59,398 nucleotides of DNA, from NCBI GenBank assembly GCA_003427395.1, contig BFEA01000036.1, forward strand, positions 4,325,464-4,384,861, written 5' to 3'. The notes under the pieces were generated by a model that saw only the letters and a program-made list of their open reading frames with translations, searched no databases and was not told the DNA's origin. The DNA comes from Chara braunii. Taxonomy: Eukaryota > Plantae > Charophyceae. This document shows, in pieces, positions 1-12,570 of the stretch (position 1 is the first letter of the stretch; each line of letters begins with the position of its first letter). Both the position numbers and the translations under genes were made by a program.

Positions 1-132
1 GAGGGAGGAAGGAGGAGGGAGGAGGGAGGACGGAGAAAGAGAGAGAGAGAGAGAGAAAGGGAGGAAGGAGGAGGGAGGAAGGAGGGAGGAAGGAGGGAGG
101 AGGGAGGAGGGAGAGAGAGAGAGAGAGAGAGA
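1..132. repeat. GA/GGA-rich simple repeat (SUV3 intron 4)
   Basis: (GAGG)n and (GA)n runs seen directly. Confidence 0.9.
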
Positions 133-912
133 GCTGGTGGCAACCCTCCTGAACGGACGCTTCGTCGCTCCCACTGCCTGCTCGAGCTGCCTCCTGCTGC
201 CTCCTGCTGCCTCCTGGTGCCTGCTGCTGCCTCCTGTTTCATCCTCGAGCTATGGCGGAAGCTGCTGCTGAAGGGCTGGTACGATGACGACAACGAAGAA
301 CAGGCCGCCGCCGAAGGAGAGCAACAACAACGGGCGGGCAGGCCGACTACCGGGGTGCCCAACTGAGGCATGGGTTTCGGCCTGAACCACGTTGGGGAGG
401 TCTGAGTAGTTCGAAAACGAACTACTCAGATCTCCTCCCAAATTTTTTTCCGGGCCCGCGCGCGGCCCCAAAAAAAATTTGCGCGCCCAAACGGCCATTT
501 TCCCCCGGTAGCCCCCTGGGCCTAATCCCCCCCCCCCACACAGAAAAAAACAAAATTCCGCAACCCCTCATTTTCCCTATGTGGCGCATGCCGTGCGCGC
601 GCCAGCTGCGCTGTGCACTCTGCGCCGCACCGGCCGCAACGCCGCGCACGGCATGCGCCGCAAGTATGGTTAATTCTTGTCCCATTTCTGATCCAGCCAG
701 TTTTCCCACGGAGCGCCGCCCCCCCCCCCCCCCCCCCCCCCCCCCTCTGACCATCTGGCCAAGGCGTGCCCAACCCCCACCTTACTGAAATGTAATGGGC
801 ATAATCCGCAGGAAACCAACATATGTCTCTGTAGGATCCTCACACGGACAAGTAGCCTGCCTAAAAACAAAAAAGAAAGACAAAAAACAAGAAACGGAAA
901 TCAGCAACCCAC

Positions 913-1065
913 CTGTATCTCATCGATCACACCGACTTCAAAAGGACGGTGAAAGCTTGCCATCTCCACAGTGCACGCCACATGTTTGGCAAATGGCATC
1001 TCCTTCTTTTCTTGTCCTGTAGTAAGATTGCAGTACACCCCATGAGCATTGGCTTTGTCATAGAT
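913..1065 (-). CDS. SUV3: SUV3-like mitochondrial DExH RNA helicase, exon 4 (IYDKANAHGVYCNLTTGQEKK...CTVEM...EVGVIDEIQ); gene continues beyond left edge
   Basis: SUV3 motifs TGQE, CTVEM and Walker B DEIQ; tgcag| acceptor at 1066, |gtggg donor at 912; phase 0 matches exon 3. Confidence 0.92.
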
Positions 1066-1270
1066 CTGCACAATGATCAGAAGCAAAAGAACAATCAATG
1101 CAGGTAAGAACCAGCCAGTCAGTTGCAGCTTCTCACACAAATAGGACGAGAGCGCAAAGCATAAGTGTGAGAATAGAGAGGGAGACAGACACACAGCCAG
1201 CAACACACAGAGAGAGACAGAGAGAGACAGAGAGCGACAGAGAGAGACAGAGAGAGACAGAGAGACAGAG

Positions 1271-4200
1271 ATGGACATGGACCACCCGTTCGACAGCCAG
1301 AAAGAGAGGAAGCGCACCACACGGGGTACTTTGAAGTACGTTAAGGACTTCTACAACAGCCAACTGCTGACAGAGGAAGAACAGTGGATGCCGGCAGACA
1401 TGACTAAGGAGCTGGAACAACGAATCTGGAAACACGTTCCGAGACAGTTGGACCTGGCAAGTACATGTAAATTGGAGGAAGATATTAGGCCGAAGAAGGT
1501 AGAGAGAGCAATAGCAGAGCTCCCCAGACTCAAGGTGGCCAGGCTGTACGGAATGCTGGTGGAATTGTATAAAGATTTTCGCAACTTCTGGTCCTGCTTA
1601 CAAGAAGGGGGCAAGGGAAGACGTGCGCAACTGGAGGCCAATATCTATTTTGAACGTGATGTACAACATACTGGCCAAGGTGCTGGCAACCCGCCTGCAT
1701 TATTGATTGCACTCAAACGGGCTTCGTGGCAAGTCGTCAGATCCTGTCGAATGTGCTGCTCGCACAGCAGATCTTGGAAGAAGATCAGTGCACAGGCCAA
1801 GCCATGGCATTAGTCTCTATAGACCTAGAAAAAGCCCACGACAGGGTACGGTGGGAGTTTCTGCCACAAGGAATGGCACGGTGAGGAATGGGTGGAATCT
1901 TCTGCGGTTGGACTAGGAGCTTGCTGAAGGGAGCCATGACGGTGATGCAAGTCAACGGGGTAAGGTCAAATAAACTCAACTCACCCGGTCGGTTCAGCAG
2001 GGGTGCCCGCTGTCTCCGGCCCTCTTACATTGAATCTCGGCATGAAGTGTTGAGGGGGGACGACCAGGTGATAGGCTTGAAGGCAGGGCCAACAGACGAG
2101 TTGCGATCCACGGTCTTCTCGGATGACACGGGAGCAATGATCCCCCCGACCACCAGCAGCTACAAATCCTGAAGGAAGACCTTGCAACCTTCTGCAGGTA
2201 CTTGGGAGAGCGCGTTCATTGGCTAAAATCAAAGGCCATCCTCCCACCGGGGGTGGAACCCCCAGAGGAATGGGACATCCCGACGGTAACAGGAGGAGAG
2301 AGGATGGCCTTCTTGGGGGCAAATCTGATACCAGGCTACCGATTAGTCGAGCAGTTGTCGATGTGTGCCAGAGCAGCAGTGGCCCGGTTCAAAGTGTGGT
2401 GCGCAAGAGGGAGCACGGGCGTGTTTGGCAAGTCCCTAGTCATTACGAACTCAGTTCTGGCCACACTTTGGTACATGGGGGTCGTGCATATGCCAGGCAG
2501 ACGTACGTTCAGGTATATCAAGAAACCAATCCACACGCGATTGTGGTCCAACAATGCCAAAGCAGAAGACTCTATTTGCAGGGAAGCATGGACCAAACTG
2601 ATCTGGCCGAGACGTTCTGGAGGCTTGGGACAGTTGGACCCGCGCCTGCAAATCGTTGCACTGCAAATGCGACAGCTGATTATGGTCCTGCTGCATACCG
2701 AAGGAGAGTCCTGGCATGAAGTTACTCAGACTCACCTGGCCTATGCATTCCCGATACCGAGAGAACTAGACGACTTATGTTTACTTAGCGTCTCGGCGAT
2801 AGGCCATGTCCGCAGAGAGTCGGTATGGACCACAAACTTGTCACTGTGAGAAAAAATAAAGCTGAGATGCCAACTGCCGAAAACTGCGGACGAGGTCTTC
2901 AACCAATTGCTGTTCGACAACAGGTTTGTCTGCGATGCAATCGAGGAACCGTTCCCATGGCAGGGGTCCTGACGGGCCTACGGGTGGAAATTGGCAGAGC
3001 AAGGAGTTTATAAGGTGCGCCACCTTTGGGATGAAGATGGGAAAGACTGGTGAACGGATCGCGAAATGGAGGCACCCCTGCGAGGGCAAACGAGGAAGAG
3101 ATGAAGGGTGGGAGAGATGAGGGAGGCTATCCCCTCTTAATGGGTCAAACTGTTGAAGAGAGAAGAAATAATGCCAGGAGAATGGTTGAGGATCAGAGGA
3201 AATGCGAGGCCAGACAAGGTGTACAGGGTGAAACAGGCCCTGCAGGACGACAGGCTAGAAGTTGCCGAATGGAAAGTGAGGCCGGGACAGGGGCATGAGG
3301 GGCTAGGGGAACCGCTACAGGAGGTAAGGACGCAGGGAAAGGGAGGAGTGAGGATTTTGGAAAGAAGCATGATGGGAACAGTCGCAGTCTGCGAAGGGGA
3401 GAAAAAGGGAGAAGGACACTACCGGCCATTCCAGCTGGCATCCAGGCTGCGGGATCTGACATGGGACCCGAGGGAGTGGGAATGGCCACCCCAGAGGATG
3501 CACAACAAGGCCACGCCGCTGCAAGAATTGACCACGAAAAATATTTATAATTTGCTGCTGGAGCCAATCGACATTTGTCGGGAACTGAAGAACAAGTGGG
3601 CCAAGATGGATTGGCTCCCGGACATTTTCTTCAATCGATGGCCGCAGCGGAGATGGAATGACCAGTGTGCCATTTTGACAGCTCTGCCAGACCAGAAACA
3701 GCCAGGGCTGTTGTGCCAAATATACCTCGTGGCGATCCCAACAGCATGGTGGCTAGCCGCTAAGGACCGGCTATGCGCAGCAGGGTGCGGCCAGGTGGAG
3801 ACAATCCCCCGCATGTTTGTGCGATGCCCAGAAGTTCGGGCGTTTTGGACACGGTGGGCGCAAGAAGTCGCAGACAAGACACCATTAGATGTCACCAGAA
3901 TGGACGACGCAGCCATCCTCCTGGGAACGCTAATGAAGGTCAATAGGCCAAGCTTCGTGGACCTGCTGTCGGGAGAGATTTTTCAAGCGGCGGTGTTGTG
4001 GGCCCTGTGGACATTGCAAAATAACCGATGTAGACAACGAGCAACACCGCCACTGCAGGCATACCAGGAAAGAGTGATGGACAACTTGAGGATAGCCCTG
4101 CTGGCAGACTTCCACCGCTGTAGATATGCAGGAGAAGGCAAGGAGAAGGGGTTCTGGGAAAGATGGGGCCAGTATCCGCAACTGCTGACCCGGGAGCCCC

Positions 4201-5109
4201 ACACGGGTCAAATGCAGTTTGGCCCCGTTCTGTTTGGCCACACGCCTCGGCCGGAAAGGGAGCCCGAACAGGCATGACACAAGAAGCAGAGAGACGACTA
4301 CTCTAGTTCAAGTTCCATTGTCAGGTGCAGCATGTGCAGAATGGCTGCAAAATAGCTTGTAAAATAGGTACAAAGGGAGGTTACATAGGTAGTAACAGGG
4401 GCGAAAGATGTACCATAACAGGGAATGCACAGAGAAGGGGATGGAGGATAGATGATATTGTTGGGGGGGGGGGGCAGGGAGGGCAAATGCTGTTGAAAAA
4501 GAGAGAGAAAGTTTAGAAACACAAAAACTGGGAAAATCCGGAAAAGCTGCAGTGAACTTTTGAAAAGCTGGATCTGAGCACAGAGGGGAGTCAAGCGGGA
4601 CAGGGGTACACAGAGAGGTAGGATAGGTGTTGAAGCAAAGGTTAGGGAAGGAGTAAAATGGAGCGCGACAGGGTGGGTGGAACAACGGAGTTGTACAGGC
4701 AAGGACTGGGATATTGTAGGGTAGGCATAGACAATGTAGAAGGATGGCTTGAGCAACAAGGCTTTGGGGAGATTGAGGAATGGGACGATACATGCGGCCT
4801 TAGAGACTGCTACGAACGCGCCTCCCCGCACCCTGCCTCCCTTGGGATCCTCCTGCTGCGTGACTGGGTGCTGCCAGTCAGCTTCCCGGCCAGCAGAAGC
4901 ACCCGTTAAGGGAAGGACAGGGCTTGGGGGCTGGGTCGATTCATAGCAGTCCTCCTCCCCTTGCATAGGCCTCTAGTTCAACAAGGGCAAGGCCGTCTCT
5001 TGTTCTCTCTCTATCACTTGTACCTTCATGCTTGCGGGTGATAAGCAACCGGACTGATGCCCCCCAGAATAAAAGGGACCTCGTGTCGTGGGAAAAAAAA
5101 AAAAAAAAA
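1271..5109 (+). mobile_element. 5'-truncated degenerate L1/Tx1-like LINE (ORF2 RT + zf-RVT, 3' UTR, poly(A)) in SUV3 intron 3, antisense to host
   Basis: RT motifs DLEKAHDRV (~1822) and FSDDT (~2115), GGLG motif, C-terminal CAAGC..ETIPRMFVRCP; many frameshifts; AATAAA near 5068 followed by an A-run at 5092-5109. Confidence 0.85.
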
Positions 5110-5789
5110 GAACGAAAAAAAGTGGTGAAAAAAAAAAAAAAAAAAAAACACCCTACCACATGTGTGCAGAGGTGGGATCCACTTCCAATTTCGAGCCCTC
5201 TTTTGAAACGCCCAGAATGGCATCACGAGACGCCGAGCAGGCAAACAACAGCAGCGCATATGCACTCAGGAATCCCACAGTTGCCCACGGAAATTAGGAC
5301 ATGCAACAACAAAACACAGCAGACAAGAAGGGGGAAAAAAAGGGATAAAACAACAGACATTTCCAAACCCTATGACACAAAACGAACAAAAAGCAAACCA
5401 CCATGGCATGAATTTGGGACGCACAGGTGATAACTACAAACGAACAAACAATGACCACGATGGACAATGAAAAAGAAAAAGAAAAAAAAAAACGCAAAAG
5501 GGAGGCAGGCTGGCAAAGGATAACAATGCAGGTAGGAGGAGGGTAGGGGGAGCAAGAGAAAAAGAGAGCAACATCCAAAAAGGATAGCGTGTCACTGTCC
5601 AACGACCCGCAGAGAGCCCAGGGTCGGTCCTCGAAACAGTAGACACATGCAGATATCAACCTTTGTATTCCGCAAAAGACCCAATCTCGAACTTGCACCG
5701 AGTCTATCGAACCAAGCACATCCCTAAGAACACGACATGCTCAGCGCGCTGCATCCGGTGGAAACGGACCGTCCGGATTATCAGCTTTA

Positions 5790-5933
5790 GGGCCTCACTC
5801 CACCAGACAACACTCTGCATGCATTTCGACGACTTCTGGACCAGGTGCATTCAGACGAGTCCTGCATTTCGAATGTATCGGGTCCAGAAACCGTCCAAAT
5901 GCATATAAAGCATTGTGTAGTGGAGCAAGGCCT
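5790..5933. mobile_element. Tourist-like (PIF/Harbinger) MITE
   Basis: TIRs GGGCCTCACTCCAC / GTGGAGCAAGGCCT with TTA on both sides. Confidence 0.65.
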
Positions 5934-6022
5934 TTAATGTATTGTAGGGGATGTAGGGGATTTGTTCCATTGATGTCAAGGAGGGATTGCTTGGCACTGT
6001 AGCTGGGTTCAAAACAAACCTA

Positions 6023-6150
6023 CCATCTTCAGTCCAATAGAACGCCCAGTCATTATAGCTGTATTTAGGGCGGCTTTCAGTCTCGATACAGTGATAATGT
6101 CTCCATACAGAGATAATGAGCACGCAATCGTTCCATTCATGTGAAGACGG
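6023..6150. mobile_element. Mini MITE of the CCGTCTTCAC-TIR (Tc1/pogo-like) family
   Basis: TA-CCATCTTCA ... TGAAGACGG termini; related to 7906-8437 and 24890. Confidence 0.5.
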
Positions 6151-6220
6151 CTGTGTCCAGCGATCCCAAAAAAAAAAAAAAGAGCAAAATGATGTAAAAT
6201 TGTACATCCCTTTCCCTCAC

Positions 6221-6365
6221 CTCCATAGCCAATAACCGCAGTGGCCCACAGTAGATCCCATCCTTTGCCTGCTGGAAGCGCTGTAGAGCAGCGTACGTCT
6301 TCCCACTGTTTGTTGGTCCATAATGATATACGATCTTCCTTCTCATCGCCCGAGCAAACGGAAAC
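6221..6365 (-). CDS. SUV3: SUV3 exon 3 ([31 protein letters not shown]...[11 protein letters not shown])
   Basis: Walker A GPTNSGKT and motif Ia PLRLLA; cacag| acceptor at 6366, |gtgagg donor at 6220; phase 2 join with exon 2 rebuilds TGG. Confidence 0.95.
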
Positions 6366-6426
6366 CTGTGGCATCGGGATTCGAAAGTGATTCAAAAAAT
6401 TACAACGAAGGTTACGAGGAAAAAAA

Positions 6427-6577
6427 ATACACCATTGTTGCCTGCTGAAAGCGCTGTAGAAGAAGCATACATATTGCCACTGTCCTTTGTTGGTCCATAA
6501 TGATATACGAACATCCTCCTCATCGCCCAAGCAAACGGAAAACCTGTGGAATCAGGATTCAAACATGGATTCAAAAA
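6427..6577 (-). pseudogene. Degenerate tandem duplicate of SUV3 exon 3 plus its acceptor
   Basis: FPFAWAMRRMFVYHYGPTKDSG; offset about 178 bp from the real exon; extra T after the acceptor; Walker A broken; no donor. Confidence 0.85.
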
Positions 6578-6767
6578 TGTTTTTTCAGAAGGAACGAAAA
6601 CCAGACATTCGCAGCATACCTGGTTGTAGATGAGACAAACACTATGAGAAGAGCGATATGAACGACAGGGAAGAGACGTTTGAGGCCCCATAGTTTGCAA
6701 GGCAGAATACTATTCTCGTGCAAAACACCGTAAGTGTGTGTTTCTTATAAAACCACTTAATAATATC

Positions 6768-6900
6768 GGGCCTCACTCCACGACATAACATTTGAACCAT
6801 ATCCGGTCCCAGTGCATGCAAAATGTTCAATCAGTCCTAATGTATCTGGTCCAGCATCAGTCCAGATACCAGTCGAATGTTGAGTAGTGGGGCAAGGCCC
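6768..6900. mobile_element. Tourist-like MITE, second copy
   Basis: GGGCCTCACTCCAC ... GTGGGGCAAGGCCC; interior similar to 5790-5933. Confidence 0.6.
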
Positions 6901-7905
6901 GTGAGCACCAGAAGCCCCCAGAAACCACAAGTGGTAAAAAGATGGAGAGTGTAGGGCAGGCCATACAGGGGTCGCTGACAAGATTCCCCCAAAGCCACGC
7001 GCAATAAAAGGATCAGGCCTGGTGGCGGGAGACCCTCACAAGCTCGTCCACAAACACTCTGCAAAACAGACCTGGTGGCAGTAGACCCTCCCACCTGCGC
7101 AAAACCCCCCCACCTGCGCAAAACAGACCAGGAGCACTACTGCTGTAGGAACCTAGAGATTGCTCTATTCCACGTGCTCTGGAACAGCAGCCTGGTGGAA
7201 TCACACCCACAGCAAAAATTGTCTGAGTCTTCTTGTGGCCACCTCCCGCTAAATAAAGCTCACATCCACCACAGACAAAGACTGCCCAACCATCCATCCA
7301 CTCCACCAAAAACATCAGAAAATATCTAACGCGACCGTATACCAACAAACGCCTGTGTCGGTGTACATGTCTTTCTAACAATCACAACTGCAAACGCTTT
7401 CTCGCCCAGATGTACAGACATCATATTTGAAAACAGTCCTTTTTTTTCCTTTACTTTTAAATGCCCAGATTGTTGTAGAGGCAGGGTATCAGGCACGGGA
7501 ATACTCTCCGGGGTTCAGTCACTCGAAGATCGGAATGACCCACTTGGCCCTCTGGACTTTCCTAGATGGAGTCCTCTACGGACTTAGAGCCCTAAATCCT
7601 ATCGCAAGTCGTGTCCCTTCCACACCATACAGCTTGCCACCAGAGATCAGATTCTGTCCCCACAGATCCAACCTCCAACCGTATGTAATATGTATTGTGG
7701 GCGCACTCTAAGCAGCTTTGTCCTCCAACCATTGACTTAGCAGATCCCTATCCGATCCCCCCTCGGACAGGCATAGAGGGCCTACCTCCCTCCTATTAAT
7801 GTACAGTACATTCCCCCCTAACCCACCTATCCCACCGACTACTCAGGAGACAGGCTCAGTACAAGTCCTACCTCGAGCTACACTTTATTGGCATCCTCTC
7901 TACTA

Positions 7906-8437
7906 CCGTCTTCACCCGAAAATAACGCCCGGGCGTTATATTCAACTTACCCTAAAAAGATCAGATTTTCGCTTTTACTCTCTTTTTTCTCAAATAGAAC
8001 GGCCCTTCGAATATAACGCCCGGCTGTTATATTCGAATAGAACACCCGGGCATTTTATTTGAATGTTCCATGGGCAGAGTGCCTTGTAGAGGTAGTATGA
8101 GTTTGAAAGGGCGGGGAGGGGGCTATACATGGGTTTTAAAGGGGGTTGAAAGGGGTTTTGACTTCCAAGGGGCATATTTCGGTTTTGAGTTTTTGTTTTT
8201 ATTTTTTATTTCCGAGTTTATAAGGAATTCTGTACTGACCCTCAGCCAAAAGATGGTCACATTGCAATTTTGGACAACATATTTTTTTTACAGAATTTTT
8301 TGATTTTTTTTTCCCCGGAAATTTGGGCCCCCACCGAAGCTGCCACCAATTCACTGAATATAACGCCCAGGCGTTAAAACGAATATAACGCCCGGCAGGC
8401 TATACAACGCCCGGGCATTATTTTTGGGTGAAGACGG
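7906..8437. mobile_element. Non-autonomous Tc1/pogo-like MITE
   Basis: About 32-bp imperfect TIR CCGTCTTCACCCGAAAATAACGCCCGGGCGTT; TA on left; internal ATAACGCCCGG repeats. Confidence 0.75.
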
Positions 8438-8582
8438 CAGTCCCTCCAGCCCCTATATACCCATCTCATAGCCTACCCTTGCTTGGTCCCTGGTGGGCCC
8501 GAGGACCCATGTGACACTTTTTTTTTTTTTTTTTTTTTTCACAAGGCCAACGACCTCAGGAGATCTTTTTCATCAATCTAAC

Positions 8583-9526
8583 CAGGGTTGCATACCTGCC
8601 GACCGTATTGCAGCCGACCAGTAGGCCGACCAGTCCAAAAACAACCATCCACTGATTGTTTTTCAAATCTGAGTTGGGGGTTGTACTGCGCTTGCTGAGT
8701 ACAGCCCAAATCCGCTGAGAAACTTTTGGGGATGGGGGGGGGGAATGGGGGATTTGAAGGGGGGGGGTAGGGGGGTTTAGGGGTGGTATAGGGGTGGTAT
8801 AGGGGGGATTGGGAAAGTTAATGAGGGTGTTGGGGGCAGTTTGGGGGTGTTGGGGAGTGTTGGGGGGTGTACGGGGGTATTGGCAGCCGCTATGGGGGTG
8901 TTGGTGGGGTTATTAGGGGATCTGGAGTCCCGGCCAGGCCTCCTCTGCCCGGCCGGGCACCTGGGCGTGATGCCCGGGGGGGTCTGACGCCCGGAGTACC
9001 CGGCATGCCAAAAAAAAAAAAAAAAAATTAGGTTTTCTGCGCTCTCCCTGAGGACCCCAAATCCGGGCTCATTTCTATTTTTGCGAGTTGGCTGTCAAGG
9101 GGGTATAAATTAGTTTTAAAGGGGCGAAAGGGGTCTAAAGGTGGGTGCCTTTGTGTGATTCTGTTTTTTTTTTTTTTTATCTCCAATTCTGGGAGTGATT
9201 ATACTGTGACCCTCAGCCAAAAGTCGTTTGTATTTCAATTCTACACAACATTTTTTTTTCCGGAAATTTTTTATTTTATTTTGATTTATTTTGTGCTGGG
9301 GCTGCCCAGAACCCTGCCCGGGGCTCATGCCCAGCCGGGCACCCGGGCAGAAGTTCGGTGGCCGGGCGCCCAGAAAAACAGCCCAGTTCTGGACCCAAAA
9401 AAAAGAATTTTTTTTATTTTTTTTTTTGCGGGGTCCCAACGACCGGGAGGTGCCAACCGGCCACCCGGTCGGCGGGTTGGCAGCCGACCAGTCAAGGGCC
9501 GCCGGCCGTCGGGGTATGCAACACTG
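8583..9526. mobile_element. Non-autonomous hAT-like DNA transposon
   Basis: TIRs CAGGGTTGCATACC / GGTATGCAACACTG; 8-bp TSD AATCTAAC/AATCTGAC; subterminal GCCGACC repeats. Confidence 0.8.
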
Positions 9527-9584
9527 AATCTGACTGGCCCTAGGTGATTCAGAATGATTTAATTGCACTCGTCAAGATCCATCA

Positions 9585-9643
9585 TAGGATTCAAACTGGG
9601 GTCTGTATTTCAGCAGTTCAGGTGTGTACCAACTGAGCTAGGC
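9585..9643 (-). repeat. tRNA-derived (SINE-head-like) sequence
   Basis: A-box TAGCTCAGTTGG and B-box-like GTTTGAATCC; no full cloverleaf. Confidence 0.45.
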
Positions 9644-10398
9644 TTATTGGCACCATGTGACGGTTCAAAATGATAACGATGTCTAAAATGATTACGACAT
9701 TTGGGCGTAAACACAATCGTCCCACTGCCGTATTTTGAGCAAGGCAAGGCCTGCTGCGTCTGTGCACTCGCTCGATGCAAGGCCAGCTGCGTCTTTCAGC
9801 AAACCTGCCTCATTTGATGCTCAGGGTATACTCACACTTGCACTTTCCTAAACATGTCGGACTGCAATTACGGCCAGACCTGGATTAATCTAACGGCTAA
9901 TCACGTCCAGAGCTTAGAAGAAAAAGTCCTAGTGTGAGCATACCCTCATTCGTGAGCATTTAGCAGTTCCGTGCTGGGAACAAGACGGAAGAGAAGGAAA
10001 AAAATAGAAGGGGAGATAAAAGGAAGACAGAGGGAGAGGGGGGGAAAAAAAGGACAGAAAAGGAGGACCCCATCAGATCCTGAATACTCACAGGTACGAC
10101 AGATCACAGGAGAATAGCATGAGAGGCAGTGGCCACTCAAAAATATTGCCTATCGTGAGTCGCCATCCCCTCGTACCAGGTAAGACCAGTAAGGGTGTGG
10201 CCCTGAGGAAGCACCGCATCCCATCCTCGCAGTTGCGGTGACCGTGTGCCCCATGGCACAATGCAGACAGGTATCAGCAGGCAAGATGGCTTCAACGTGA
10301 TTGCAATACCGATTGCAGTTATACGCAGTGCAATTCCAGTCTCTCGCTACGGGGAGGACATGCCACAAGAGGGTGGTGTGGACCAGCACCTGGGGAAC

Positions 10399-11786
10399 TG
10401 TTACATGCAGCGCGTGCACACACGGGCCATTTTGCAGGCCCGACGGCCATTTTGCAGGCCTGCGTCCCTTCAGGCTAAAAGCCTGAACTTCAGGCCAAAA
10501 GCCTGAATTTCAGGCCAAAAGCCTGAAATCCAGGGCTTACAGGCCCCCTGTCGGCTCAGCCCGAAAGCCTGGCCTATCCCTGGTCGTTTCAGACTAAAAA
10601 TGGCAACAGCCTTTTTAGCCTGAAACGAAGGGCCATTTTCGGTCGTTCATCAGAACGACCAGCCCTGAAACTCAGGCACCGAACCAGGGTTTCGGGAACA
10701 GACTATTAATAGTCTGTTTCCAACGCCAGCCTTAAGCAGGCTGCTGCACGCCAGCCCCTGGCACACTTCGGCATTGGCAAGAGCTGCCTCCTCGGCCTGA
10801 CTGGCCTCCAGTAGTCAGGAGGCAGGCTGAGGTAGCACATAGGACTTCCCAGGCACTTCCGAGGTAGGCAGTCGGTCAGTTGTAGTCTTCACGATTCGGG
10901 AGCAGCACTCTGGAGGGAGCNCTGCAGTGTAGTAGTAGTAGCGTTAGCTTGTAGTCTTCAGCGCTGGGCGCAGTAGGTAGCTGTAGTNNNNNNNNNNNNN
11001 NNNNNNNNNNNNNNNNNNNNNNNNNNNNNNNNNNNNNNNNNNNNNNNNNNNNNNNNNNNNNNNNNNNNNNNNNNNNNNNNNNNNNNNNNNNNNNNNNNNN
11101 NNNNNNNNNNNNNNNNNNNNNNNNNNNNNNNNNNNNNNNNNNNNNNNNNNNNNNNNNNNNNNNNNNNNNNNNNNNNNNNNNNNNNNNNNNNNNNNNNNNN
11201 NNNNNNNNNNNNNNNNNNNNNNNNNNNNNNNNNNNNNNNNNNNNNNNNNNNNNNNNNNNNNNNNNNNNNNNNNNNNNNNNNNNNNNNNNNNNNNNNNNNN
11301 NNNNNNNNNNNNNNNNNNNNNNNNNNNNNNNNNNNNNNNNNNNNNNNNNNNNNNNNNNNNNNNNNNNNNNNNNNNNNNNNNNNNNNNNNNNNNNNNNNNN
11401 NNNNNNNNNNNNNNNNNNNNNNNNNNNNNNNNNNNNNNNNNNNNNNNNNNNNNNNNNNNNNNNNNNNNNNNNNNNNNNNNNNNNNNNNNNNNNNNNNNNN
11501 NNNNNNNNNNNNNNNNNNNNNNNNNNNNNNNNNNNNNNNNNNNNNNNNNNNNNNNNNNNNNNNNNNNNNNNNNNNNNNNNNNNNNNNNNNNNNNNNNNNN
11601 NNNNNNNNNNNNNNNNNNNNNNNNNNNNNNNNNNNNNNNNNNNNNNNNNNNNNNNNNNNNNNNNNNNNNNNNNNNNNNNNNNNNNNNNNNNNGAGATTCG
11701 ACTCGCACTGTATTGTCCATTCAGTCCTTTTCATCACATTGCAGTTCCTCGGTTATTACGTACATTGCATATCTGTGCATGTAACA
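10399..11786 (+). repeat. 5' LTR (contains N gap)
   Basis: Direct repeat of 18031-19426; TG...CA ends with 11-bp inverted termini. Confidence 0.95.
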
Positions 11787-11788
11787 GT

Positions 11789-11800
11789 TGGTATCGGAGC
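11789..11800 (+). promoter_or_regulatory. Primer binding site, tRNA-iMet
   Basis: TGGTATCGGAGC 2 nt after the LTR; plant iMet PBS consensus is TGGTATCAGAGC. Confidence 0.9.
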
Positions 11801-12570
11801 TTTGCACGTGAATCAGGACAACCTGATCTGACACGTGTGCGGGGACTAAAAAGCTAGTTAGTCTTTTCTGTTTTGATTAGGACATACTAGTTAGACCCCA
11901 AAATCACGATCTTGACCTTATCACCAAAAATCGAAATTTTTCTTTTCTCGGATTTTATTTTCTCGCTATTCTGCTGTGGGAAATTGCTATATCGCAACAT
12001 CTGAAATTCCTATTTTCGTTTTGTCTTCTGAAAATCCGAAATTTTGCTGTTGAAAATCCGGAATATTTTTCTTTTCGAAAGTTTCGATTTCCTGTTGCAT
12101 TTCCCGTTACTTAGAAATTCGGAATATTTTCTTCTCTGAAATTCGTTTTTCTGAAAACGGTACGGGAAATACCTCCTGCGTTATTATTTTTCAAACTGCG
12201 AATCGGAATAAATCCGAATACGTGTCATTTCTGTTCGGAATTTTTTTCGCAGTTGTAGGATTCTGTCATTCAGTTCAATAAATCATTTGCAGTCTAAAGT
12301 CGAATTTTTTTCGCTTTCAGTGATCATTTCGTACTTTAAGGGAGATTGGGAGACCTACTGAACTCGCAAAAATCGGGATTTTTATTTTTTTATTTTCCCC
12401 GAAATTTTTTTTTGCAAAGTTCAAACTTTTCTGTTTTTGATTAGTGGCTCCTTATCTAAGTGTGAGTTGGGCGATTCCCCCACCCACCCCTCCCCACCTA
12501 TGTTGTTGCCATCTCTCGCCTTTCCATTTCTGTTGGTATCCGGGTATCCCCCGCGGCGGCATTGGTAAGT

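Noticed and set aside
4298-4966. 222-aa minus ORF
   Set aside because: Antisense of the purine-rich LINE 3' UTR; no motifs.
10635-10662. CTGATGA...GAAA in the LTR (minus strand)
   Set aside because: Part of a simple GGTCGTTC/GAACGACC hairpin; no stem II.
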